Of a stretch of DNA of 64,000 nucleotides, positions 1 to 12,383 are shown in pieces. Each line of letters starts with the position of its first letter. Position 1 is the first letter of the stretch. A program made the translations under genes and the position numbers. Location: contig ML978134.1 of the NCBI GenBank assembly GCA_010015805.1, positions 1-64,000 of the forward strand. The letters are read 5' to 3'. This DNA comes from Rhizodiscina lignyota. Lineage: Eukaryota. Below the pieces are notes generated by a model that worked only from the letters and a program-made list of their open reading frames with translations, ran no database searches and was not told the DNA's origin.

Positions 1-1
1 C

Positions 2-337
2 ATCCAGAAAGCTGAGATCGCCAGTTGGTGGTGCGAAAGGTACGACTGCTTCCGAGAAGGAGAGAAACCCGTTTCCCGCCGAACAGTTCGAGAGTGGCCG
101 CTAGAAGGCTCTGAAGGAAGGAACAAGAAGCTTAGAAACGATGGAGGTGGTCGACTGTGCAAAGATGTTCCCGGGGCGTTTACAGTCACTCGTAAAGTGC
201 GGTATGAGAATCCCAGTCGAACTTGGGAAGAAGCCTTGGAACAGGATAAGGAGCAGAAGAAGGAGATTCTCAAGCGGCCGGACAGTGGCGACGAAGACGA
301 TGATGAAGGCGGAGTTAGAGTTGCATGGCAAGACTGA
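2..337 (+). CDS. 3' end of a hypothetical protein running in from the left edge (partial)
   Basis: Frame starting at nt 2 is open to TGA 335-337 (…YENPSRTWEEALEQDKEQKKEILKRPDSGDEDDDEGGVRVAWQD*). Charged, protein-like tail with no recognisable family. Confidence 0.5.
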   Translation: MQKAEIASWWCERYDCFREGEKPVSRRTVREWPLEGSEGRNKKLRNDGGGRLCKDVPGAFTVTRKVRYENPSRTWEEALEQDKEQKKEILKRPDSGDEDDDEGGVRVAWQD

Positions 338-926
338 ACGGAGGCACAATGTCAAGCAGGGCGAGCAAGAAAGCTTGTTGAATGCGATGCTACGTGGAAA
401 TTAGGACTTGCTGGCTCGTTAGCTAGTTATGCGGGTCTATGAAGGAGCTAGTTTGCAGCGAGCGTACAGTATACAGACCCATTCTATTGCACTTATCCTG
501 AGCATTTCCTAGAGCTTTCTATGCGTTACTGAGTTTACATTTGAGGCTGTCGTGGAGTAACTTGCTAAGCTTGCCTCGGAAGATTTGCTTCTCGTTGTTG
601 CGGAAAAGAGACCCAGATACGGGTTTCATGCGCTCGCTCATAGTACGAGTCTTCTTCACCGTTTGTGTTTACAGACGTGTGGCCAATGTTGTGCTCAAAC
701 ACGAACACCCTTTATTAAACACTCCATACGACGTCATGCAATTTCATTATCCGCGTACCACTTGTTGTCATAACAAGCTCCCCAACTACAAAACACTCGC
801 CCTCTTGAACAACTCTTTCTCCAAACACCATCTACCACATTCATTGAGAGACACTCGTTAACTCTCCCCTCATAATACACCATTCCACAAACTACTGAAG
901 AGCAAACAAGCCCACAAATCCTCACA

Positions 927-1307
927 ATGGCGTACAGAAAGAACTTCTTCCGTCCTTCCCAATCCGCCCGCAAGACGCAGGGTCAGAACCAGGATGCCGC
1001 CGATCTCCTTAAGCACATTCACTCCAGCGATCGTGCTGTGCACTTCGAGGTGCTCAAGCCCAACCCACCAACATGCTGCATCTGCTTCAAGAGCGCCTCC
1101 GCACAGACCAAAAAGCTTGTCCAGTGCTGCTACTGCGCTTATTGGTACCATCAGAACTGCCAGACGAAAGAGATCGACGAGAAATATGTCGGAGGGGATG
1201 ACGATCTGTACAACCATCCTTATGCTTGCGAGGACTGTCAGAAGCAGAGAGCGAAAGCGAGGAAGCAAGAGGATGAGTATGTTGCCCTGTCAAACACGAT
1301 TTTTTGA
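927..1307 (+). CDS. Small PHD-type zinc finger protein (126 aa)
   Basis: C-x2-C…C-x2-C-x4-H-x2-C…C-x2-C pattern (CCIC…CCYCAYWYHQNC…CEDC) matches PHD C4HC3 spacing; good start context (ACAATGG). Confidence 0.7.
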   Translation: MAYRKNFFRPSQSARKTQGQNQDAADLLKHIHSSDRAVHFEVLKPNPPTCCICFKSASAQTKKLVQCCYCAYWYHQNCQTKEIDEKYVGGDDDLYNHPYACEDCQKQRAKARKQEDEYVALSNTIF

Positions 1308-1815
1308 ACAGTCTTAACTATGTTAGTCGAGATTTAGGGGCGGAGTGAAGCTGCCAAATGCTGTTGACGCTGACGGCAACACCGAGATGACTGAGTAGAG
1401 CACGGCGAGGAGGACGTTGGATAGCAGATGATATGGCGTTGACAGGCGCTTGAAAAACGGCTGGTTTTTGGATTGCTGGAGTACGATTGGGCTATACGAT
1501 ACGAGCGAGCACTGTACCATGGTAGCTCATAGCCGTGAATGGAAGAGCACACAAGCACTGTGAGCAGAGATATCGTTTAATTCCCAGTCCCATTCAAGCT
1601 ATGTACAAGAAACCTACAGAAACCCCAGGACTATTCAAACGCACTGCCGTCACTCATTTTTAGCCTGACTCCTTTCGTCACTTCCACTTCATCCTACAAC
1701 TCCTACTTCACAAAAGATCGAACACGCCATCCAAGCCTCATCCCAGCATTTACTAAAAGTCTATATGCATCAAGAAGTGAAGACGACGAAGCTTACACTC
1801 TTACACCATCAAGCA

Positions 1816-4497
1816 CTACTGCACCGCCCATCTCCCCTTCAACCCGTCGATCCACCTCCCATAAAGCACATCCGCAAGCAAGCCCTGATGCTCCATCCCC
1901 TTCTCCACAAAACCCGGTAACTTCCTCTCATCAACCTGCACGCTTTCTCTGCGCCTCAGTTTCTCCTTCTCGTCCGCATCCCGACTCCACTGCCGACTCT
2001 TACTCGGGCTACTCGGCGTGCTGCTCGGCACAAGCTCGGCACCCGCCCAACCAGCGCTCGAAGGCGTGACGAACGCGGACTGTCGCCGCTTGTGGTGAGA
2101 TTTTAGGTGCGGGTTGTTCTGACTGAGGACGAGCTTGGGCGTTGCTTGACCTTGGATGTGCGAGACGGCGGTTGTGGGCTGGCTTTGCTTGTGGGGGTTC
2201 TCTGGTGCGGGGAATGGGGCTGCTACGGCGGTGGTGTTTGAGCGTCGAAGGAGGCCGGGTACTGGAGGAGGCTGCATTGCTGCGGTGGCGGTAGAATTTG
2301 GAGTGCTGGCTGCGGATGGAGTCGGAGTACCGATGCCTGCATCGGAGGTGAGACGGCGGGCTTTCTTTGGGCTTTGCTGGGAAGGTTTGGCCTCCTGAAG
2401 CTGCTTCGATGGACTGCATGGTTGACGAGATGAGAGATCAAGGGGAGTGGAAAGCTTGGAGTCGGATTGCAGACGCTCCGTCAGGAGGCGGAGGAGCGCC
2501 CATTCTCCTTCTGGGTCGATGCAGTCGAGTGCCATCCATGCTTGCGCGACGCGAGCCAGAGCTTCGCGTTTGGAAGGTTCAGCGGTTTGGTTGATGATGT
2601 CTTGGAAGCTTGAGTCAATTGCGCTGCTATATGCCAGATGTGCAAGTTGGGCTTCCTTGCTCAAGGTTTGTGGCGCTTCTAATTGAAGTACTCGGTCCAC
2701 GACTGGCCGTGCCTGGGTGAGAGGTGTGCTATACTGGCTCACAGGTGGATGTGCAGGCGTTTGTGGAACGAGTAATGGCTCGTGCTGCACCGGCGGTGGA
2801 GTATTCTCATCCCAGATGTAGCTCGACTGATCGTACTCCCATGGATTAGTTACGTTTGAAAGATCGCTCTTCGATGGAGTCTTTGGCGGCTTAGACGGCG
2901 ACAATGGCTTGTCTACTTTCTTTGGTTCTGCAATCTGTTCGCGCTGGCGATCTGCAGAGACGCGACGGAATTGACGAACGGTGGAAGTGCCGTTGCCGAA
3001 AGACATATCGAGGCCGAGTGGCTGCTTCACCGCACCGACGCCACTGACGCGTCTCGCTGTTGGAGTTGAACCAGATGTGACCCTGATGGCAGAGACTTTC
3101 CTGGCCGTCGGCGTATTTGTGACACTAGCTTTACGCACTGTCTCTTTGTCTAGAGAATAGCCATAGTTTGATGCTGGTGAATTAGCCCCCAACGGCATCG
3201 AGTTTAGATCCAGTCGTTCTAGTAATGCAGAGGGGGTAAGAGCATCATCGTCATCTTCTACGACAGAGTCGATACGTGCGAGCTTACGGCGCTTTGAGCC
3301 ACGTCGAGGAGCGGGCTTCTGCTCAACAACAGGGGCAGGCTTGACGGTATCGAAGACCCACTCGTCCTGTTCTATTTGCGGGGAGAGATCTTGCCTGTAT
3401 AGAGAATGTTAATAACAAAAACTGCTAACCCCATTTCAACAGTGTCACGTACATTGTCTCCTCGTAATACTTGGCGTGCGCGGCTTTCTCGTTGGCTTCG
3501 TCCCAGCGTTGGTATCTGTCGATCAGGTCTCGGAGTTGCTCTACCTTGCCGGCCCCCTTGATGAAACGATGTTTAAGCAAGTCTTTTGCGGACGGTCTCC
3601 TGTCTGGATCTTTGACTAGACATTGCGCGCAGAAGTCCTTGAAGTCTTTACTCCACTTGCTCCCCTCCAAACGCGGCGGAGCATTTTTCGGAATGAGGAA
3701 CAGCACTTTCATAGGATGCGTCTGGGCATTCGGAGGCTCGCCTTTGGCCATTTCCATTGCCGTTATACCCAAACTCCAAATATCCGCCTTGAAGTCGTAT
3801 CCCGCCTCTTGAATGACTTCTGGGGCCATCCAGAAAGGTGTCCCAACGAATGTCATGCGTTGTGATTTCATGTTCGAGAGCTGTGCGGCAACGCCAAAAT
3901 CTGCTATCTTGACAACGCCAGCTGAGGAAAGGAGGATGTTGGCGGCCTTGATATCTCGATGTATCTTGCCGGTGGAGTGTAGGTAGAGGAGGCCTTGTAG
4001 GAGCTCGCGACAGATGATGGCAATGTGCGCTTCTAGGAAAGGACCGGGTTTCAGCTAAGACACTGTTAGTACTCGGTTTCTAATAACTGCAAGAATGTGT
4101 GCATCGAGAATCGCACCAGGTCAAGACATGAGCCTCCGCCGAGATACTCCATGACAATCCATAACTTGACGCCGCGCACAAAGCTGGTGCGGTATTGAGT
4201 AATTAATGGACTGGAGCAGGTGCTGAGCAGATTAATCTCTTGTTGGATTTCTCTGATATCGTCATCGCTTCCTTCAAGATCAATCTGTGGCACGCATCAG
4301 TTCAATGTACTTGGCATAGATGTCTCAGACGGTGACACGAACATGCTTGATCGCGACGAGGTCGCCAGTTGATCTCTCCCGAGCTTTGTAGACTATGCCG
4401 AAGCTGCCACCTGCGCATATGTTAGTGAATTGAATGTATGAAACTTTTTCTGGCACATACTGCCAAGCTCCTCGAGCATCTCATAGTCGTCCGCCAT
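1816..4497 (-). CDS. sid1: STE20/GCK-family Ser/Thr kinase, Sid1/SepL type (septation initiation network); multi-exon
   Basis: Spliced N-terminus [22 protein letters not shown]…VAIKHIDLE…; [25 protein letters not shown] motifs; long S/P-rich tail ending [17 protein letters not shown] as in fungal Sid1 orthologues. Confidence 0.85.
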
Positions 4498-5497
4498 TGC
4501 GCCTGAATCTCTAGTGATCAAGGATGCGCAACCACAGCGAACTCTCTGTCAGTTGCCAGACTGGAAGGAGGAGGGAGCAGTCGGCGAGGAGCTGGACAGG
4601 CGGAGATGGTAGAAATAAAAGGGGTTGCAGAGTGCAGAGTTCACGATGTCCACGGTCCGTTTGTGAAGTTGTTGACAGGGGCCTCGGCTCCGTTTCCATG
4701 ACAACAACACCACGATGTCGTCGGCTGTTACAGAGCCGTCGGCCGACCCACATGAGGTCATTGCTACGGGCAAAGAATGCATATTAATCAGTTACCAGAC
4801 GACTTGCGAGAAGGTAAGTAGTGGCCGAGTCTCAAGGTCTTTGTGGACTTCAATTGCCATGCTGAAGGAGAAAATAACTGAGATCCAAGATCTCAGTAGA
4901 GGCGCAGTAGCTTATCCCGTTCCTGCAGGCACTCCCGCTGCCGTGGATTTGTAGCCTGTCAACTGTCACCAACAACCATGGAAACCATGCGGCCATCTTG
5001 ACGACCGGGAAGCCATCTTGACGACTGGTAAGTTCGGCGCCGAAACCAGTGGATGGGATCTCGACTCCCTCGTCCAGCGTGCTTCTAGAAATCTTCGAGT
5101 CTCTAAGCGTAACGCTGCCCCGTCTACTGCCTTCAATCATTGGTAGCACTGGCCGCATGGTGGATACGACGTTATATTAATAACGCATAAAGGTTTATAT
5201 CGCATCTGGCCATTACCCTTGGACGACTCACGCACAGTAATTGACGCAACAAACGCACAGAGAGCAAATTGGCAGCGCTATACTGATCTGATATCGTGCT
5301 CCGCGCATGTGATCCACTTCACGCCCCAGGGTCCCTCGTCGAAATTGCCTGTATACATCTCCAGACGCGTTCAGGGACCATGTTCGCGTCGTGCAGCAGG
5401 ACGACTGCTGCATTTGCGCCCCTATTTCATACAGCAGAGCTGACTCGATAGAGATGAGCGTAACATTTTCGCCTCTTCATCGGCTGTCTCCCGGTCA

Positions 5498-7750
5498 ATG
5501 TCTGCCTGCATTGCCGGCGGTGAAGATCCGCAATCAGCTGGCCATATGACCATCGTACCACTTCCGAACGCCAGTCTAGAAACTCAGCAACAAGTCTCAG
5601 AGATCACTCCTCCACGTACGTGTCTGCAATGCCCTCGTCCATATTGGCTTCATGCTCCTCGTGCTCCAGCCGTATGCTTCAGCGTACTGGCAGGCGTATT
5701 ACTGGCGCGTTCCTGCATCAACCGTTGCGGCGCTCGTGAGATTGGTGCGCGCCGTCTGGTCAAAGCTTGGCCGGCACTTTGCTTTCTTCTTCACCATCCC
5801 ATCACACTTGCTCACGCGACGACATGATAGAAACGACATAGACGACTTTCGCGAACCTCGCAATATGGACGAGGACACGTTGAAGCAGTTGGAGGGCGCG
5901 AAAAGGCTGCCAATAGACCCGATAAAGGTCTTTCCACGAGACATCCAAATCGCCTCAGGAGGTCCAAACAGTCCAATACTTCCCTCGCCAGCAGAACATA
6001 TCGGACAACCAAGCAGTCCGACGACGAGAACGACAGTCGCAAATGATACTACAGTCCAGAATGATACCACAAACACCTCGTCGTCGCGTCTTCACACCCG
6101 CTCCATGTCTGTCGCCGATGTGGCAAGACAAGGCAAGCGCCTTTCGCTGAACTTTCCCATCCAAAGTGCAAGCAGCAGACCTACACGACCTCCGTCATGG
6201 GCAAACAGCAGCCCTGTTCTACCCCCAATACCCTCGCCTGACCCATCTGTCGCACCATCACCGACCGAGAACAATTTCCTCGCCGTTCTTGCCGCACAAG
6301 AACGCCGCGTCTTGGAGTTGAAAGAGGAGCTCGGCAAGGCAGAGAAGGAGCTTGAGATGCTCAAGAAACAATGGGCCCAGCATGAGATGGTGCGCAAGAA
6401 GCAGGACGTAAAGCGTGTCACGCAGCTGCAACCTCTGCAGACTGCTCCGTCCCCGGGTTTGGACAGCGGCAACGACAGTGATGACATTGATGGATCAAGC
6501 CAGTGGATGCACAAGGAGATGGAGAGGCGCAAACACCTGTTGAGTGGTGTCAAGAGCAGCAATCGAAAGGTCTTTAGTGGTAGTCGCCACATGAGGACAC
6601 TGAGTCTGCTGTCGCCTGATAAGACTCAGGGACCATCTTTTCCTCAACCTCCATCGTTGGACGGCACAGATGAATCAAGGCCGCCTTCAGCAACTGCACT
6701 AGGACTTCCTATACCGCGATCCACCATAAGTCCGAACAATATAGAAGAGACTCAACGTTCGTTCACACCGGACAGTGCTTCGGACAGCATGGTATCGTTG
6801 GATCTACCCAGGCTACCCAGCGATGCCATCCTCCAAACCGGGAAGCAGATGGCAACAGACTTCAAACAGGGTCTATGGACATTCTTCGAGGACATCAGAC
6901 AAGCTACCGTCGGCGAGGAAGCTATCCATGGCACCACTCCGCGCCGACGTCCGCAGAGCATGTATGCTGCTGGACCCAATGCAAAGCATAGCAATGGCAA
7001 TCTGAAGAAACAAGGAAGTCGGGGTAACTTGCGGAGGTCGGCTACATTAAAACAGGACTCCAAGGATCCGCTGAAAAATGGCTCGCTTCAGCGAAGAGCT
7101 ACAGATCTATCACCGCCTGCGGACATAGGAGGTTCATTTTGGCGTGAGAATGGGCTCGAGGAGCCTCGGACCACTACCGCTGCGAAAGTGAGGCCGGGCA
7201 GCAGAGGAAGCACTGGCAAGACTCACAAGGGAATGGAGAAAACGGCACATGATGCTACAGATGATGAGAGCTGGGACTCTTGGGACACACCAGCGAGCAA
7301 GGCTGAGCCGTCACCGAAGCAGCTACAAGCACCAGGGATGAGCAGCAATGATTCAGTCTCTGAAGTCGCGTCCTCGGCAAGAAGCACACCGAGGACTAGT
7401 ACTAGGTCCGTTCATCCTCCTCTCCTCTCGCCACACCTCTAACGCACTGTAGCTCGACCGGTCTTGCTGCTACAACATCCAAATCCACCGATACCCAAAA
7501 CGACGCCAGCCACGGGTCTAACCGAGACTCTATTCCCTGGCCTGCGTTGGCAAAGCTCGTCACCCCATCCCATCTCAAGCGCACAGCGTCGCATCTGATG
7601 AGCGAGTGGGAGCGCAGCCTCACACCTTCTCCGCCGCCTGGACAGTCACCCGCAAGGCTGTCTCCAATTCCGAGCGACAGTGGCGAGAGGGATTACTTTG
7701 GAACTCCAGTTTTGGCGGCTGGCGAGAATGGGAGGAGTAAGAAGGACTGA
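5498..7750 (+). CDS. Conserved fungal coiled-coil/low-complexity protein (DUF4048-like); start and first intron uncertain
   Basis: Long ORF 5652-7442 with LAAQERRVLELKEEL…LKKQW coiled coil and GLWTFFEDIRQATVGEEA. Intron near 7405-7451 joins the last exon (…HLMSEWERSL…KKD*). A phase-compatible intron 5616-5841 could link to ATG 5498; otherwise the start is ATG 5865. Confidence 0.7.
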
Positions 7751-7950
7751 GGGTTTGTATTAATGTATCTAACGATTTGACACGAGTAATGGAATGTGTA
7801 TAGTATACTTACATATACAACTATAGAGATGTTAGAGCACTTAAGAGAATTTAAAGCGTTTGTCCATAACAGCAGTAGGTGGTTCCCTGGGATGCATTAT
7901 TTGCACTAACTCACAGTGTCATTTCTACTGCTGATGTATGACAAGATTGG

Positions 7951-9018
7951 TTACGCGTCTAGTTCTATGATCCAGACATCTCCCAGCCGACTGTTGTCTT
8001 CTGCAAGTCCCCCATGTACAACTATCGCATCCTTCATCTCAACGTCAGCTACGACATCTGCGTCGAACCAGCCTCTTGGCGGCGGCAATTCACCGCTTGC
8101 TTCCACTTTACTCCAAATCCCAAGCTCAACGTCATACGCCCAGACATCTCCAAGCATTTTCCCAGCCCCGGCATGTCCGAGTGAACTTGGATCACGCTCA
8201 CCAAAGAGCGTTACGAGAAAAGGCTTGCCGTCCAACTGGAGAGGAAGCAGAGCACTAACGCTGCGCGCTTCTGGACCATTTTTACCATCTGCAGGATACG
8301 GAACCACAGACCATGAATCCTGCGAAGGGTCGTACACGTCCAAGTTTCCACCTTGCTCTTGCTTCCCGTCGAAGCCGTTCATGCGGTACAGCTTACCAGC
8401 GCAGTACGCGATCGACGTGCCTCCTCGAGGCGGGTTCGGCGCATCGGCTAGACTCTTCCATGTCCTTGTGTTGACGTCGAAGGACCACAGATCGGAGAGC
8501 CGCCCGCTTTCTGGGCAACCGGCGTGCACATAGATCGTACTATTGCCGTTGTTCGTCATTGCGTGATAGCTGCGAGCCGCGGGATATGGGGCTGCAACAT
8601 CGGCAGGGGAAACCAGAGACCATTGAGAGGTGGACGGCTTGTAACTCCACAGTTGACCGTTTTCTTCGATAGGCGCCATGGCCATACCGCCGCGGCCGGA
8701 GAAGAAATAAATCGCATCGCCGAGCACGGTGCTTGCGGAGCCGACTCGTGGTGTTGGGGCTTCACCCTGCGCGGGAATCGTTTGCACAGCTGCGGATGCT
8801 ATTGAATATGAGCAAGTGGCGCATGGATCTGCCTAGCAATGCCATTTCGTACCCTTGGAGAGCTCAACCACATCGAATTGGTTGTCCACGGGCTGGCGGG
8901 GATGCAGTTCGCCGCCGAAGATCCAGGCGTTGTTCGCGATCACAGAGACTGTGTGCGAGGAGCGCTGAAGACGAGCGCTGGATGCTAGGCATGTGCATTT
9001 AGCGGTGATTGGAGCCAT
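7951..9018 (-). CDS. Kelch-repeat beta-propeller protein, nitrile-specifier-protein-like; one intron near 8800-8853
   Basis: Kelch blades RSSH…IFGGE, PRVGSA…FSGRGG, RSYH…HAG, PRGGT…NGFDG, ARSV…LFGE, PRGW…HGG. ATG at 9018 (MAPITAK). Confidence 0.8.
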
Positions 9019-10089
9019 TTTTGGGTTTTTGACGTTGTCGTTTTGCTGACGATGGTGCCTAATGAGGTTGCATATACGTCCGATATCGTATGTATGGCGT
9101 GTGGCCATCAGGGTAGATCGTATGACTGGCATCTCGATTTGCGAGGCTCGGGAGGGGGAAGCTCCGGGCACTTAAGGCACCTAAATTATTGCGGTCATCA
9201 GGGCCGTGTACCTAATGTTTAGGTTGGTCGGTACCCGTAGTTCTGCTGATCTCGCCCAAGACTGGTGGACGCTGGTGCATCGTGAGTAGACCCGATCGTT
9301 GACAACTTTGTTACACGTTATAGTACTCAGAGCATTGCTTTCTTTTTTGCTTTCCTGCCACTGTTCCTATGTTCTCCCTGTTCAGCATGTCCTTTCTCGT
9401 GTGGATACCTCTCATCGTGTCATTCAACTAATCCCTAGATATGCTGGAATCGTCAATCGCAGAACACGATGTTCTCTTAGACTGTCTGTTAGTACCGATC
9501 CTGCTATAATGATTTCGACTGCGATCAACGCGAAGGACCTCTGCATACTCCAAAGCTCATATCCCGTATTGATGTGGAAAACTGGCCCGATTACGGTTAG
9601 ACGTCTCTTTGCATTCATTCAAGCGGGGAAAGAGGAGCAGGTGCAATTCGCTGTGACGCGGAAATCGATGTTGCGGGCTTGACGCTGCAGAATGGGAATA
9701 TCCTGATCTCCTGATGGTTATCCTTCCAGCCGGTCGATCGACTCGAGATGCGGCACGACTATCGAAGACATGTGGACAGAAGACGCGGAGGGAAAGAATC
9801 GTGCGGACACTGTCTGCGGCGATTATGAGGCCCATACAAACATAGCCGTTCATGCTAGAGCACAGAGTTCTTCAACGTTACAATGGCGGAGTGCATTTCG
9901 CTTTGGATCTGAATCCGATTTGATGGAGGCTGGCAGGGTCACCAGCATCGCAAACAAGCAAAAGTGGTATCGATGGTAATCGAGAAGCTCAACATGTCTT
10001 CAGCCGAAGAATGCGTTTCCTCTCTCTACCTGCTCCCTTCGCCGACGTAGTATTATTCTGTTACAGTATGCCTCCGGCCGTATGGGATA

Positions 10090-10210
10090 GCCGGATTATC
10101 ATGGGACTTGGAAAGACAATGAAGACGATCACGGCCATCATCAAGCTTCGCCACCTGAATCCGGACGGGGCCCATGTCCTAGTTGCGGTTCCTCTAAGCC
10201 TGCTACACGC
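10090..10210 (+). pseudogene. Probable relic of a SNF2-family helicase N-terminal ATPase segment
   Basis: MGLGKTMKTITAIIKLRHLNPDGAHVLVAVPLSLL resembles SNF2 motif I (MGLGKT) and motif Ia (LVvvPlSll). No flanking helicase ORF. Confidence 0.45.
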
Positions 10211-12383
10211 AAGCAACAGGCCGATTGCGATACAGAGAGTAGTATCCACGAGGTCCGAGCAAAGGTAGCTGGTGATGTTGGATCGCCTCTCTCCACTGTT
10301 GCACTGGCCGAAAGGCATTTCGCTCTCGTTCTGCTTCAAACTCAGGAGTTCTCTCCACCTATCATCAGCACCCAAAGAGGTTATGGGTATGAAGGTTGAA
10401 TGAACCTTCGGCTGTAGATGCACACGATCGGGTTATGTTTGAAATCGGACTATTTGGAAACAGCGGATCCTCACTGCTTATCGTTAATTCATCACTGATA
10501 AAGCCACCAGTAGGGCTATACGAGAATGATGTCGTTTAAGAATCACGGACCGCACCGCTTAGATCCCGCTTAGATCTGACGGGTACAATGTTTTATCTGT
10601 GCTGGGGCGACGTTAAAGAGCTCCATTCACTCTACGTTTCCCCGACACAACTCATTCGCAATGCTCGGAACGTTCCTCTTTCGTCAGACGGGACTTTGGT
10701 GGGGATATTCCTCCACTCCAACGACGACGTGCGGCGAAAGCGCAGAAATGGAGCAAATTCAATCAGCAAAATACTACGCTGCGCCCACTCTTTCTAATCG
10801 TGTACTGTAGTATGTCTCCGCCCAGCGGAGACTTCGATGGATTTGTGGATTTTCACTGACCCGGGCTTCTCACCGCACTGGGTGCGGCCGCAAAACCCGG
10901 AGATGGGGCGCAGTTCTCATCGATTTGTGAAATTCGCCATCAGACATGACATACAATTGATAACATATTACACACAAAGCTGTAATTTCTTGAAATTATT
11001 AAAAATAAAAGGGATTTGATTTGTGCACCTGGAAGAAATGGACGAACATTGATTAGAAGCCCTAACCCTAAAGCCTGTGAGACGTCCGGTAAGAATGCGG
11101 AGCCTTCCATTTTAACACCTGCTGGCCTCCTGGACATGCTTCTTTTTGGAGAGTTCGTCTCAACAAGCTACTGTCCGGACATGATTGGCGACTACGGCCT
11201 CTGAATGACACGCTGAGAGGCGCCCTGACACCGGCTGCTCAACTCGAAGTACGCACAGTGTCATCTGTAACGTGAGACGGTGGTCGCGACCCTCATCTCC
11301 ATTGCTCGGCCGGGAACGATTTCCATAGCAGGAAAATGCTATAGGTGGTATAGTCTCCGTGAATGCTACAAAATTTTCAATTGAAGCAACGAATACAGCA
11401 AAGAATGAGAAGTTGTATTGAGCGTCAAAATTGTCGGTGAAGACCAGATAAATTATGCTAACGGATCTCACAGTGGTCACACGACCACCAGAAAGCTCCA
11501 CCAGAACCCGAAATTCGTCTCTCGTGCCGTGGCTTTTTCACAAAAGCATAGCAAAGATAAACTGCGCAAACCTGTTTCGGGTCATTGTTGTGACATCATT
11601 TCCATCTGGACGCTCATGTATGGTCGTTGCGGCAGGTGTGTCGTGCCGAGTCTTACCTTACATGCGGAGCCTCACCTGCTCTCACAAACCTCTCTCTATA
11701 GGCCAACGAAAGAAACTTTCCAATACCGCCTTCAGTAATACTCGAAGATCAGTGCCCAATTCCAACGTCCCGAGCGCGGCTAGAATGCGGTCTGACACCT
11801 ATGTTCGACAGCGCAACTCGCCGCAGGGCCACTCATAATATGTATTAGGCTATACAACAACGCACTTCTTAGTCACCCACGTTCCTGGCCCCTATTTCCC
11901 GTTGATTGTCGCGTGCCTAGTCGAACTCGGTGAAAAGGATTCCGACCAAAACTCTTGTCTATTTGTTGTCTCGTCTACAATGTTCGAATTCTCATCTCAG
12001 ACACCATACGTTGGCAGATCTCAGGCACAAAGCGGCTTCTTTAGTCCAAACAAGGCTCTAACGAAGAACCCTGACGTAGTTCGCTCCGGAATATTTACGA
12101 TATCGAGGGTTCTGCCTGTGTCCGGGCTGAATAGACTTCTCAGACAGTGATCATTAAGTTAAGATTCTTACCATAAGATTACAACGCTCAGCGGTCCTTG
12201 AGCCTCTAAGCTGAGACACCACTCCATATCTCCTCGCTTTATTCCCGCTCGACATTTTCAGTCATACTTATTCCGTGCTTCCTCTCAGTCGAATTTTGTT
12301 TTCAGCCATCAGAATCTCAGGTTTACCGGGATGAGAAACTTTAGTCAATAGCACGAGAGCAAGGTGTAATATTGGCTCTCAAT

